Shown piece after piece: positions 44,349 to 54,628 of a stretch of 64,000 bases of DNA; position 1 is the first letter of the stretch; each line of letters opens with the position of its first letter. The position numbers and the translations under genes are program-made. The stretch is from Prasinococcaceae sp. CCMP 1430 (taxonomy: Eukaryota; Plantae; Prasinodermophyta). The DNA lies in assembly GCA_013416795.1 (NCBI GenBank), contig RQSC01000007.1, positions 178,490 to 242,489 on the forward strand. The letters are read 5' to 3'. Below the pieces are notes generated by a model. That model was given only the letters and a program-made list of their open reading frames with translations, was not told the DNA's origin and made no database searches.

Positions 44349-45482
44349 ATGGGTGGCGAGCCGGGCGGCATAGCAGAGCCGTTGGTACACTGCAGCGCAT
44401 TCCTGCGCACTGATGGCGAGCTGGACGGCGACGGGAGCGACGGCAGCGGCGAGGGGCACGTGCTCGTCTTCCTCAATAGCCCGCTGCCCCTGTGCTCGCT
44501 GCGGCTATGGCATGGAGGTGAGGGGCGCCTGGGTCGTTGCAAGGAGCGCGGTCAACGCCCGTGGCTGCTACCTTGCGAAGGCGGCGAGCTGTCTCCACTG
44601 CGCCGCCCAGTGGATCGAGCTGCGCATCGGCCCCTCTCCTCTGCGCGCGTGTTGCTGACGCGAGCTTGCCTCCGCTGCGCCGTTGCAGCGTCCACGGTGG
44701 TGTGCGCGGATGGCGGCTCCAACTGGGTGTACGACGATCTGCCTGCTCTCGCCGTCGCGTCTGGCGAGCACGCTGACGAAGCGTCCGCGCGCGAGGCGCT
44801 GCTGCCCGCGTACATAATCGGCGACCTCGACAGTGTGCGCCCCGAGGTGCGCGCGTTTTACGCGGCGCGTGGCGTGGAGGTCATCGACCGCAGCTTCGAC
44901 CAGGACAGCACGGACTTCATGAAGGCGCTCGACCTCCTGCAGGGCACCCTCGGACCGCACGGTGCCGATGGCGGCTCGGCGATGCGCGGTGGAGCGCTCG
45001 CTAGCACGAGCACGCAGATCGTCGCGGTGTGCGGGTCGGGTGCTGATCGGCCCGACCATGACCTGGGGAACATGTCCACTCTCATCGAGAGGGCGGACAG
45101 GCGGATAGCGCTCGTTGGCAAGCGATGTATCACCCGCTGCCTTCCCGTGGGCCACAACTCGCTGCGCCTTGTCGCCGCCGAGGGCCCTGAGTGCGGTCTA
45201 GTGCCGCTCTGCGGCCCTTCGGCTGCGCACAGCCGCGGGCTGAAGTGGGAGCTCGACGGGCAATGCATGCGCATGGGTGGGCTCATCAGCTCGTGCAACC
45301 AGGTCACAGCGCGAGAAATCTCCGTGCATGTGGTCGACGCGCCGCTGATGTGGACGGTGTGCTTCGACGACGCCGGGATCGTGCCGTATGAGACGAAGGT
45401 CAAATACGTGCGCGCCCGCACGGGCGGCGCGCTTGAGGGGGCCGACGTGGAGGCGCTCGATCGCAGGCTGCGCGACATGTAG
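44349..45482 (+). CDS. TPK1: thiamine pyrophosphokinase
   Basis: Exons 44349-44517 and 44689-45482. VCADGGSN, IIGDLDSVRPEV, DQDSTDFMK, ECGLVPL, SRGLKWEL, GGLISSCN. Confidence 0.92.
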   Translation: MGGEPGGIAEPLVHCSAFLRTDGELDGDGSDGSGEGHVLVFLNSPLPLCSLRLWHGGEGRLGRCKERGQRPWLLPCEGGELSPLRRPVDRAAHRPLSSARVLLTRACLRCAVAASTVVCADGGSNWVYDDLPALAVASGEHADEASAREALLPAYIIGDLDSVRPEVRAFYAARGVEVIDRSFDQDSTDFMKALDLLQGTLGPHGADGGSAMRGGALASTSTQIVAVCGSGADRPDHDLGNMSTLIERADRRIALVGKRCITRCLPVGHNSLRLVAAEGPECGLVPLCGPSAAHSRGLKWELDGQCMRMGGLISSCNQVTAREISVHVVDAPLMWTVCFDDAGIVPYETKVKYVRARTGGALEGADVEALDRRLRDM

Positions 45483-45569
45483 CATAAATCCCTTGTACAC
45501 GACGTTGCCACCGCATGACGTGCGTTGGGACCCGTTCTGGTCTCCATACAGTACCGTACAAACATATCA

Positions 45570-45940
45570 TTAGGCGCGATCCGGGAGCGCGCTGGTATCT
45601 ATGTCATCGAGCATGGCGCGCGTGTGTCCGGCGAGCGTCATCACCTGCTCCCGCGTCGCCGCGAGCTCTCTTCGTAGCTCGGCCGCCTCGCTCTTGAGTG
45701 CCTCCGCGCCCGCCCCACCGGCTGCCTGTGCGTTCGCGTCCGCGGCGTCGCTCGCACTCACTCTCGCACACACCCCGACTTGCCGCCTAAGCTCCGCGCT
45801 CGCAGCGGCATACCGCCCCATAGCCTCTTCGAGCGTGCTCGCTCGCTCTGCGGCCCCCTCCCCGCCGCCGCCGCCGAGGCACGCCGCCGCTGCCTCGAGC
45901 GCGCCGCTCGCCGCCGCGACAGCCTCGTGCCGCCGCGCTC
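45570..45940 (-). CDS. hypothetical short coiled-coil protein, start unresolved
   Basis: Open frame ..HEAVAAASGALEAAAAC..STLEEAMGRYAAASAELRRQV..LKSEAAELRRELAATREQVMTLAGHTRAMLDDIDT with heptad character, converging on TPK1. No family recognised. Confidence 0.35.
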
Positions 45941-46120
45941 GCCGCCGAGCGCGCCGCGGCCGAGCGTGCCCGCGAGCGGCCCAGAAGCGCGCACGCCGAG
46001 CTTCAGCGCGAGCGCGCCAAGCAGGAGGCGCGCGAGATGAGCGCGCTTCTGTGGGCTTGCAAGTAGCCGCACATTTCGTGTGTAGTGGACTAGGAAAGTA
46101 AGCTCTTTTACCTACTGCTG

Positions 46121-46906
46121 CTATGCAGGGGCGGCCGCTTTCCTCTTGCCGCGCGCGCGCAGCCTGACGGCAACCTCATGCACCAGGATGCCCAGTGGCC
46201 CCGCGACTGCGGCCGCAAAGACAGCGAGGCGGGTGGCGAGCGCGGGGAGGGCGCCGTTCGCGGCGGCAGCGGCGGCGGCCTCCGAGACCACATGACGCGC
46301 AGCGAACAGGTTGATGGCCAGTAGGTGCGCCCACGCGCTCGCGGCCGCCACCGCGTCCGACAACAGCGTGCCGATACCCTCCAGGGTCGGAAAGAACTGC
46401 GCCTGGCCCGTTCGGAGTCCTTCCTCCAGACTACCAGGCATGATGAGACTAGGCGACCGCACGCGCAGCAGAGGCGGCGGTGGGCGCGCACAAGGACGCG
46501 CGCGCGTGTGCGGATCGCGTGGGGGTCAGAGCGCGCTCGCAGCAGTGGTCGTGGAAGCGGCTGCGGCCGCGCGCTGGGTGCGCGAGCGCGCAGCAAACCT
46601 GAGTGTGTCTGGCGTCCAACTGAGCGCGAGCAGCACGCCGTAGACGGCGCACACTGGGAAAGTCAGCGCCGGCGACGATGCCAGCCTGCGAGCGAGAGGG
46701 CCGAGCGGCCGCGCAGCCAACACACACAGGATGGGCACCGTGTACGCGGTGACTCCAGCAAAGAGCGTGCCAGCGAGCGTCCCCACCGCGCCCTCGGCGG
46801 TGGACCAGCCCCACACGGCCGCACCTAGCGCGCCGCTCGCCGCCGCGACAGCCTCGCCGAGCGACGCCTCGGCCGCGCGGCTCGCGGTGACGACGCCCGG
46901 CGCCAT
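46121..46906 (-). CDS. ABA4: ABA4/DUF4281 neoxanthin-biosynthesis membrane protein
   Basis: Exons 46906-46599 and 46448-46121. YGVLLALSWTPDTL, FPTLEGIGTLLS, ASAWAHLLAINLFAARHV, GPLGILVH match ABA4. Transit peptide not resolved. Confidence 0.85.
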
Positions 46907-47529
46907 CCCCTATTGATCACCACGCCCCCTCGCTCCCCCGCCCCCAACGCCTCCCTCCACCGAGCTCTCTCACCTCGCTCGTCAATCCTCGGTACACCGA
47001 CGCTGCGCTCCCACGCTGCGATGCGCGTGCGCTCTGCTACGCCCCCGCTGGCGAGGACGCCCTACCACCGTCCGGCCAGCGCCACGGCGCGTCGGCCACG
47101 TGCGCGCAGTTGTGTTTGTATTGGGGTTTAGGGCTTACTGTAACGTGCAAGCATGTGCATGCTGTGTGCGGGGGGAGCGGGTGATGGGTGGCAGCACGAG
47201 CTGGCGGTCGCTTTTCTCCGCTCGTTCCTTCCGCTCGTGCGAGACCTCCTCAGAGCAGCGCAGCGCTCGGGCTGTTCACCCGGGAGCGAGGCTGTCGCCG
47301 AGGCGCGGGCAATTGGGCAGGGGGGGGCGGGCGTTGGGTGGCGCACCCAGCGCATTCCGGCGGAGGTGCGCGAGCTCGGCGCACGTGAACGAAAAAGCTG
47401 CTGATGTACAAATACTTGCGGGGGAAGAGCAGCCCCACGGTGCGCGGCGGCGGAGCCGCGGGAGCGAGCGAGAAGCGCGCGTGCTATGTGTCAGGCGACC
47501 TGCCAGGTGCACCAAGCCGCACCCGCTAA

Positions 47530-47630
47530 GCGCGCCTCCAGCCTGCCGCGAGTTGTCACGGCAAGCCCGAGACGCACAGCGGGCACGAGTGCGTTGTCTT
47601 TGCTGGCAGGGCCATCATGAGAGCACGCGC
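47530..47630 (-). promoter_or_regulatory. candidate SECIS element in the SelT 3'UTR
   Basis: Minus strand: AUGAU (47618-47614), 12-nt stem GGCCCUGCCAGC, AAA (47601-47599). The 3' stem GCGGCAGGCU plus GGAG (47549-47536) pairs with it, and helix I is GCGCGU/GCGCGC. Folded by eye only. Confidence 0.5.
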
Positions 47631-47682
47631 GACTCGCCGCCACTGCAGCGCTCAACGCCAGCCCCGAGCGTCCACTCGGACG

Positions 47683-48523
47683 CTAGAGCTCCCAATCATC
47701 GTCCTCGACGGGCTCCTTGACCACGCGCTGCTGCTCGCGTTGGCGCTGCTGGTTGGCGCCCTTGCCGCTGCGCAGGCGCCCTTGCCTGCCAGCACTTCGC
47801 GCGCCGATTTCCTCCACCAGGAAGTTGAGCCGCGGCATGCGCCCGCTCTCAAGCTTCGAGAAAATTTTCTCGCCGCCATAGTATATCTCGAAGGCACCAG
47901 TGGAGAGCAGGTTCTGCTGAATGGTGTTGCCGACGAACCAGGCGCCTGTGCACGCGCCGAACTTGTTCTGCCCCATGCTCTCGAAGAACTCGGGGACGCG
48001 CATACCGATCGCCGGGAAGATCGAGTTGGCGAATATAGTGGCGCCAATGAAGCCCAGCTGCGTCACCTGCGCCAGGTTAGCCAACACGACATTCGACGTC
48101 GAGGGCGGGTAGTTGCTTGGCACAACCTCGACGCCAAGTTGGCGCACGACCTGGTCGCGTACTTGCACGTACGCGCCCGCCATCTGTCACGACTGGCAGA
48201 AGGAGATGTGGACCTTGCCCTCGCGGCTCGGAGCGCCATAGGGCTCGTCACTCTCCACCTTTGAAACGCAAATGGCGTCACATGGGACCGAGGGAGCAGG
48301 ACGAGAGCGGGGGATGCGCGGGACACGCGTAGGCGGGGAGGGAGGTCCGGTCAGCGCAATCATGCGCTCGCCGCGCCGCGTAGCGCCGCACCGCGCCGCG
48401 TAGCGCTCCGCCGCGCAATGCAGTGCCGCAGCAGGCCGCGCCGCGTACCGTGTACGCCGAAGCGGCGGAGGCGAAGAGCGCCATCGCCAGCACCAGCGCC
48501 GCGGCACCCCTCCGCGCGCGCAT
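47683..48523 (-). CDS. SELENOT: selenoprotein T (Rdx family), Sec encoded by in-frame TGA at 48189-48187
   Basis: Exon 1 48523-48449 (signal peptide MRARRGAAALVLAMALFASAASA), intron GTACGC..AAAG, exon 2 48258-47683: KVHISFCQS-TGA-QMAGAY...NYPP...QNLLSTGAFEIYYGGEKIFSKLESGRMP (SelT signature). The ORF track splits the gene at the TGA. Confidence 0.9.
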
Positions 48524-48934
48524 CGCTGCCGCCGCCCGCCACGCCGCGCGCCGCCCGCCGTGTGTGTGCGCGCCGCCTGTGCGGCCACCAAGCGCGCGCC
48601 CCGACCCACACGCAGCGAAACGCCGCAACACTTTTTCTTTTTCTTTTTCTTTTTTTTGGCGGCCTTTCGCCCACCCACGCGTGGCCTGGGAGACGAAGGG
48701 GCAACCGGCGCAATTGGATGGATTCGATGGAATCCACACTTTTCTTCGAGAAATGTACGACATATGGAATCCATTTTTCACGTTTGGAATATGATGCCAT
48801 GGGCGGATTCGCGAGTTCCCCAGGGCCGCTCCGCGCGCAGCGCGCAGCGGCCACGCGCGCGTGCCACTTCGCACCACGGCGCGGCCTGGGCTGCCCCCTC
48901 CTCCGACGCGGTCTTTCCCAGTGCAGGCGCAGCC

Positions 48935-49627
48935 ATGTCGGACGTCGACTGGAACAATCTGAAGAAGCTGCCCGCGGCGCTGCGCAAGGGCTACGGCGCA
49001 TGGGACTGCGACAAGAACGAGCTCATTGCGCCCGAGCGCGAGGTGCGCCGCACGCGCGTGCGCCGTTGTAGACGGCTGCCCGTGCGCTGCCGGGCATGGC
49101 GCGGCGTGCGCAGGCCGGCGGTGGAGCACGCGCGCGTCCACGCCCGCGCGCCCACGCGAGGAGACGAGGGCTTCGGCCACCGACTCGAACGACTGAGCCT
49201 GACCGTGCTTGTGCTGACACTCTCGTGCACCCACCATGCCTGCACACAGTGCTACGTCTTCGAGGAGATCCCCACCATGGACTACCCCTGGGAGGGCATG
49301 CCAACGATTCCCCCCCACAAGGACCGCGAACACCTCACCTTCTTCACCGAGAAGGACAAGCGCTTCAGGGTGCGCGCGAACCCTGACGAGGACGTCGCCG
49401 ACGTGAAGCGCCGCATGTTTGACGGCGGCATGAATGCGCGCGCCAATCCCGGCACGCACTTCGAGACCATCGACGACGTTGTGCTGTGGTATGCTGGCCA
49501 GACCATGCGCGACGGCCACAAGTTCTCCGAGTACCGCGTGCCGCCCGGCTGTCAGGCCATCATGGCCAAACACAAGAAGTGGATGGACCTCAAGAAGCCG
49601 CCGCCGGATGACGACTACTGGCTTTGA
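48935..49627 (+). CDS. small protein with C-terminal ubiquitin-like domain, family unknown
   Basis: Exons 48935-49042 and 49250-49627 (GTGCGC..CAG), strong GC3 bias. HLTFFTEKDKRFRVRANPDEDVADVKRRM...VVLWYAGQTMRDGHKFSEYRV aligns by eye with the ubiquitin fold. No terminal GG. Confidence 0.72.
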   Translation: MSDVDWNNLKKLPAALRKGYGAWDCDKNELIAPEREVRRTRVRRCRRLPVRCRAWRGVRRPAVEHARVHARAPTRGDEGFGHRLERLSLTVLVLTLSCTHHACTQCYVFEEIPTMDYPWEGMPTIPPHKDREHLTFFTEKDKRFRVRANPDEDVADVKRRMFDGGMNARANPGTHFETIDDVVLWYAGQTMRDGHKFSEYRVPPGCQAIMAKHKKWMDLKKPPPDDDYWL

Positions 49628-49886
49628 GCGAAGCGCGCGCCTCCGTCACGCACCATCCAGATTTGTAAATTAGGGGCAAGGATTCAGGGTTTGAAAATAC
49701 AGGAGGAAACGAGTGCAAAGCGCCTCGGAGCAGCCGCCGCGCTGCGACAGCGCATCGCTCACCTCGCGCCCCTCTTGGGCTAGAGGGCTGCGCTGCTGCG
49801 CCATTCCTCGCGGCCCCGTGAGGGGCGCGACCCGAGGCAATCGTGGGCGCGTAGGGCGCGCGGGGCGCCTCCTGCCGCCCGCTGCG

Positions 49887-51813
49887 ATGGCGGCAGCCGC
49901 GCGCGCTCTGCGAGAGTTCGTTGGCGGCGATCTCGCCGCAGCAAACGACGAGGCGACCAATCTGTGCGCTATCGAGGACCCAGTGGAGACGCCCTTCAAA
50001 TCCAAGTACGCGGCGATCAACGTGCTCTGTGCCGCGCGAAAGCAGCTCGCAGGGCTGCTCGACGCCCACGAGCGCGAGCGAGCGAGCGCCGGCAGTGGCG
50101 CTGCCGGCGGTGACAGCGCCGCCGCAGAGGACGCGCTCTGTGCGCTCGACGTGCGCCTGGGGGGCATACACATCGACGTTGAGGCGCCGCACGACGCGCA
50201 GGGCTGCCTCGAGCGGGCACTCGCTCACGTGACCGATGGTGGGAAGGCTCGCGTGAGGCAGCGGCTGCGCGCGACGGCGCACGACCTTTACAATCAGCTT
50301 GGCGTGCTCTGGACAAATCGAGGCGAGCACGAGCGCGCTGGGGCATACCTCGAGGAGGCCGCCGAGATCTACGCCAGCTTCGGCGCATTCGCAACCGCTG
50401 CTTCCCCGCTGGAACCGACGCGCGACTGTGAGGCGTACGCAGGCGAGACTGCCGAGCGACTTTATGCGCACACCGCGTTCTACCTGGCGCAGAGCTACGG
50501 AGTCCTCGGCCGCGATGAGGAGGCGGCAGCGATGTGTGGGGAGACGCTCACTCGGCAGCTCACTGCCGCGGCGGCCGGCGCGACAGTCAATGCGGCAGCC
50601 GCCGACTATGGGCAGCAGCTCGCTGGCCTAAACTTTGCGGACTGGGTCGGCAACACGGCGCAGCTCTCCGGCGCGTTCGTGGGCCTTGGTGATATGGTGG
50701 CCGCGGAGCACTGCGTGCTAGCGGCCGAGGCTGTCTGGGCGTTGCGCCCCGGAGGCGCGTCAGGCGGTGAGAGTGATGGTGTGCGCGAGCGCGAGCTGGG
50801 TGCTAACATCGCGCTCTGTCGCGGAAAGTTACACGCCGCGCGCCTGGAGAAGGCCGTACAGCAGCGGCAATCGCGGCAATTCGGTCGCTCGGATGGCGAA
50901 GAGGAAGACGAGGCCAGGAGGACGGGGAAGAGGCGGCTGCCACTGGGCGGTGTGCGTGGCATCACCCTTCCCGAGCCGCACCTGCGCCCTGTGGGGGCCA
51001 TCACGCAGGGAGGATGGCTGGACGCATGCGCTGAATTCCGCGACGCACAGCGCGCCTTCTGCGTGGCTATGGAATTCTACGTGCTCGACGGCTACGTCAC
51101 CGACCACGTGAACGTGCTGCGTGCGCTTTCGGCCGCGCACGGCACGCTCGCGGGCTTCCTGCTGGTGCCAGCGAAATCCGACGGTCTGGGGAAAGCGGAG
51201 GGCGCCAAATACTGCAAAGTGCAGCGCAGAAGGGCTAAGCTGCTCGAGGGTGTCGTGGATGAGCTCAACCCGAGCCACTTTGCGGCCATTTGGCAGGAAA
51301 TGCACTTCGAGCTCGGTGAGGTGGCGTCGTCGATGGTGGACGCCAAGCAGGCAGTGGGGCACCGGTACTGCTCCGTGGCGCGCTGTGCGACGAGGGCCGA
51401 GAAGCACTTCAAGCGCTTTCTAGACGGCTTCCGCGTCCCTATGCCGGATGGCGACATGCCAACCAGGATAGACAACGAGGAGGCGGAGCAGACGTACCTC
51501 ACTGGCAGGTTCACACTCGCTAGGCTGCTACAGAAGGCGCACAGGTGCGCTGCACGTGTCACGCGCGCCAGTGCGCGCGCGAGTCACTACACACGCTGAC
51601 TGCACGAGCTCAATGCGCGCCTGCTCGCGCACTAGGTCCGGCAAGGACGGCTCGGGCATCGAACCTCTGGTGAAGAGCCTGCGCGAGCACGAGGGCATCA
51701 TCGACTACCTCGAGAGGAATGATCTGGCTGACAGCGAAACGCACGCGCCCATGCTCGAGGCCGCGCGCGAGTTCGCTGAGCTCCTGCCGTCCAAGATACG
51801 CATGTCGCAGTAG
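49887..51813 (+). CDS. KIFBP: KIF-binding protein (KIFBP/KIAA1279)
   Basis: Exons 49887-51544 and 51636-51813. EDPVETPFKSKYAA, YNQLGVLWTNRGE, LYAHTAFYLAQSYG, FYVLDGYVTDHV, ELNPSHF, EMLELLP-like C-terminus (EFAELLPSKI). Confidence 0.85.
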
Positions 51814-51979
51814 GAAGTCCTAGGAACAGCCTCTTGGTGGCCTGAGCGGTGCCGCCGCGGGCGCGCGAGCGAGCGCACGGCTTTCCCTGCTGCGGCGAAG
51901 GTTGAAGCAACCACCCTTGCAATCACGCAAACATGCGCAGCGATGCTGTCGGGTGAATATGTTACACAGGCACTCGCGC

Positions 51980-53206
51980 TCAGAATGCATACGACTTCGT
52001 GCCGTGCTGACGGACGTCTCCGTACGTCTCGAGCTCCGCGATGTCTTCGCGAGAGCCGATGAAGAGTGGCGCGCGCTCGTGGAGCTGCGATGGTTGCATG
52101 TCTAGCACCTGACCTTCGCGCGTGCCGTCGGTGGCAGCTCCACCCGCGCGCTCGGCAACAAGCGCTAGCGGCGCGAGCTCGTACACGACCCGCAAGTGAT
52201 AGCGCGGGTTGCCGCACCATCCGCCCTGCTGTAATGTTCGATGGAAGTCGGCGACGAGGCTACACACGTACCGCTGTGAGTACTGCTTGCCGCTCTCGCT
52301 TTCACCATTCCTTACAGCGTCGATGTACGCTCGCAGCTCGTCCGGCCAATCGTTGTACCTCGCATCATTGAGGGAGTAGATGGCGCCTCGCGCGGGCACG
52401 TGCACGCCGGTTTGCGAGCGCAGGAACCTGCCGGACGCGCGGTCCAGTGTGTAGAAATCTGCGCGCTCGGTGCCCGGCGGGGCGAGGCAGAGGGTGGTTT
52501 GAACGCTGTACAAGGCGTATCCGGCCAGAACCTGCTCGCGGCCGGCGCGTAGCGCCTGTGCCTCCACACACTCGTCTGCGAGGTCCTGCCTGGAGCGGTA
52601 GACGCCGAAGATAGTGCCGACGGGAATGTTGACATCGACGTTCCTGCTTCCATCCAACGGGTCGAAGACGACTACGTACGGCGCCCCCGGTGTCACAACC
52701 CGCGCCTCCTCCTCCTCCTCACTCGCAAGCACGCGAACAAGGCCTGACTCAGCGAGCCGAGCGCTGAACAATTCGTTCGCGACGACGTCGAGCGCCTTCT
52801 GGGCGTCGCCACTAGCGTTGGCCCCGCCGGCCAGACCGCCAATGCCGCGAAGCGGCGCAGCCTCCAGCGCCGCACCAATCTCCGAGCACGCGCCCGCGAT
52901 GGCCTCGACCAGCAACGCGAGCTCCCCCGCGTCAGCCAGCCCCGCGGCGTCGGCGTCGGCGCGCACCGTGGCGGGTGCGTGTCGCAGGTGGACACCTCGG
53001 GCGCCGTGGTGGCCATGTCGCAAGAGGGATCGCACGCCCGGGGGCGCGCCCGGGAGCATGCGCGCGTGCGTGGGCGTCCCGCGGTGCACGGCCACGCCGC
53101 GCCCGCCCGCCGGGCCGTGGCCTGCATCGCTCACGAGTGCGGAGGGGAGCGGGAGGAGCGCGCGCCAACACTCGCGAGAGTGGCGGCGCGCTGTGGGTCG
53201 GCGCAC
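51980..53206 (-). CDS. cpFBPaseII: plastid fructose-1,6-bisphosphatase II (redox-independent type)
   Basis: QKALDVVAN, ASEEEE, FDPLDGSRNVD..PVGTIFG, IYSLNDARY.DWP, RYVCSLVADFHRTL, PRYHLRVVYE, and C-terminal ELETYGDV. The regulatory loop is short and lacks the Cys-rich insert of cpFBPase I. The 5' end is unresolved; ATG 53216 is one base out of frame. Confidence 0.9.
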   Translation of the reverse strand: MRRPTARRHSRECWRALLPLPSALVSDAGHGPAGGRGVAVHRGTPTHARMLPGAPPGVRSLLRHGHHGARGVHLRHAPATVRADADAAGLADAGELALLVEAIAGACSEIGAALEAAPLRGIGGLAGGANASGDAQKALDVVANELFSARLAESGLVRVLASEEEEEARVVTPGAPYVVVFDPLDGSRNVDVNIPVGTIFGVYRSRQDLADECVEAQALRAGREQVLAGYALYSVQTTLCLAPPGTERADFYTLDRASGRFLRSQTGVHVPARGAIYSLNDARYNDWPDELRAYIDAVRNGESESGKQYSQRYVCSLVADFHRTLQQGGWCGNPRYHLRVVYELAPLALVAERAGGAATDGTREGQVLDMQPSQLHERAPLFIGSREDIAELETYGDVRQHGTKSYAF

Positions 53207-53352
53207 CCACTGGCATGTGTTTTTCTCTTCTCATCACACTTGTCCTCCATGGTAGGTACACAGGGCGAAAAGGAAAAGAAGAGCGCGTGCCACTCGGCGC
53301 GCGCGCGCGCGCCCGCGCGCACGCCGCCGCGTCGCGGCCCCCCGGCTCGGCG

Positions 53353-54022
53353 ATGGGGCTGAAGGAGCTGCTGGGCGGCGGCAGCGGTGGCGGCGGCGAG
53401 CGAGACCTGTACGACGGAGTCGAGTACTGGAACGGCCCGTATGACAGGACAGGCTGGCTCCAGAAGCAGGGCGAGTTTCTGCCCAACTGGCGCAGGAGGT
53501 GGTTCGTGCTGAAGGAGGGCAAGATCTTCTGGTTCAAGTCGTCCTCCCTGTCCGCCGCGTCGAAGCCACGTGGAGTCATCGATGTTAGGAGGTGCCTCAG
53601 CATTAAGGTGGGTGGTGCTACCGATGCAGATACCGCTTTCCCCCGTCCACTGCCCCCAGAGCTGGTGCTGTCCCTGCTGCGCGTCGCGCCCCCCATGCGT
53701 TGGTGGATCCGGAGGGCCGAGCAAACGCGTGGCGAAGTGGACGATGACGTCGCGTGCGGTCGGTGTAGTCGACTGTTCCGGAGCTGACCACTTGCGACTG
53801 TCCGCACTGCTCGCTCACCCGCGGTGCTGCTTACACCGCCTCCAGAACGCCGACGAGTCAGCCGTCAATAAGGAGCACGTCTTCGAGCTATCGACGCAGG
53901 AGGCGACCATGTACTTCGTGGCTGACTCGGCCAAGGAGAAGGAGGAATGGATCAACGCTGTTGGCAAGGCCATTGTGCGCTCGAGCAGCGCCCTGGCAGA
54001 GCGCGAGGTCACCGATTATTAG
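53353..54022 (+). CDS. PH1: small pleckstrin-homology domain protein (AtPH1-like)
   Basis: Exons 53353-53607 and 53846-54022. GVEYWNGPYDRTGWLQKQGEFLPNWRRRWFVLKEGKIFWFK...MYFVADSAKEKEEWINAVGKAIVRSS. Confidence 0.9.
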
Positions 54023-54628
54023 ACGAGCATGATGGATCCCCCATTCTTTCGCCTGCAGGCACGCGCCACCAGCGGGCAGCTCTGCACCGGCGGCGGGCGC
54101 GGTGCCGCCTGTGGCGCTCCGCGGCACGTGCACGCACGCGCGCACGAGTAAGCGCCGAATGCACTCTCCTGCGAGTGGTCCCACAGAGCACCGCGCGCGG
54201 CGAGCGTGTCGGGAGAGTGCACGGCGTAGGCGAATGGGCGTGCTGGTGTCGGAGGGGGACTGAACACTCTTTAGCTCGACCATTCGGCAGCGCCGAGAGC
54301 TCACACTCTCGAACGCGTGCGAACGAATTTAGGGTTTACCCTAAACATCCAAAGACCGTGCCTGACGACGGGGCGAGTGATGAATGGTGCGACAGCATGG
54401 GTGGCGCGACAATCAAATCTCATGGTGCACGTCGCGAGCAGAGTTAGGGTTTCGAAGGGTGTCAGTGTGACGTGTGCACAGGCGCGACAGGCATCCACAG
54501 ACCAGAGTGGAGAGGCAAGGGCGAAGCGCGGGAGTGTGGGGGGTTCCACTCAGCACGAGCGGGGCGCGTGCGGCTGCGGGGTCAGCCGCCCGGATCGAAA
54601 GCACGGCTGCCGAATCGCCGTGGCGGCG

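Noticed and set aside
44100-45600. TPP riboswitch near the thiamine pyrophosphokinase
   Set aside because: No CUGAGA/AUACC aptamer core found in the intron or flanks.
27071-49249. Stop-free 3n introns (BBS7 27071-27157, LRRC74 28914-29048, TPK1 44518-44688, UBL 49043-49249) as regulated in-frame retention
   Set aside because: Absence of stops is expected at this GC content; there is no evidence of retention.
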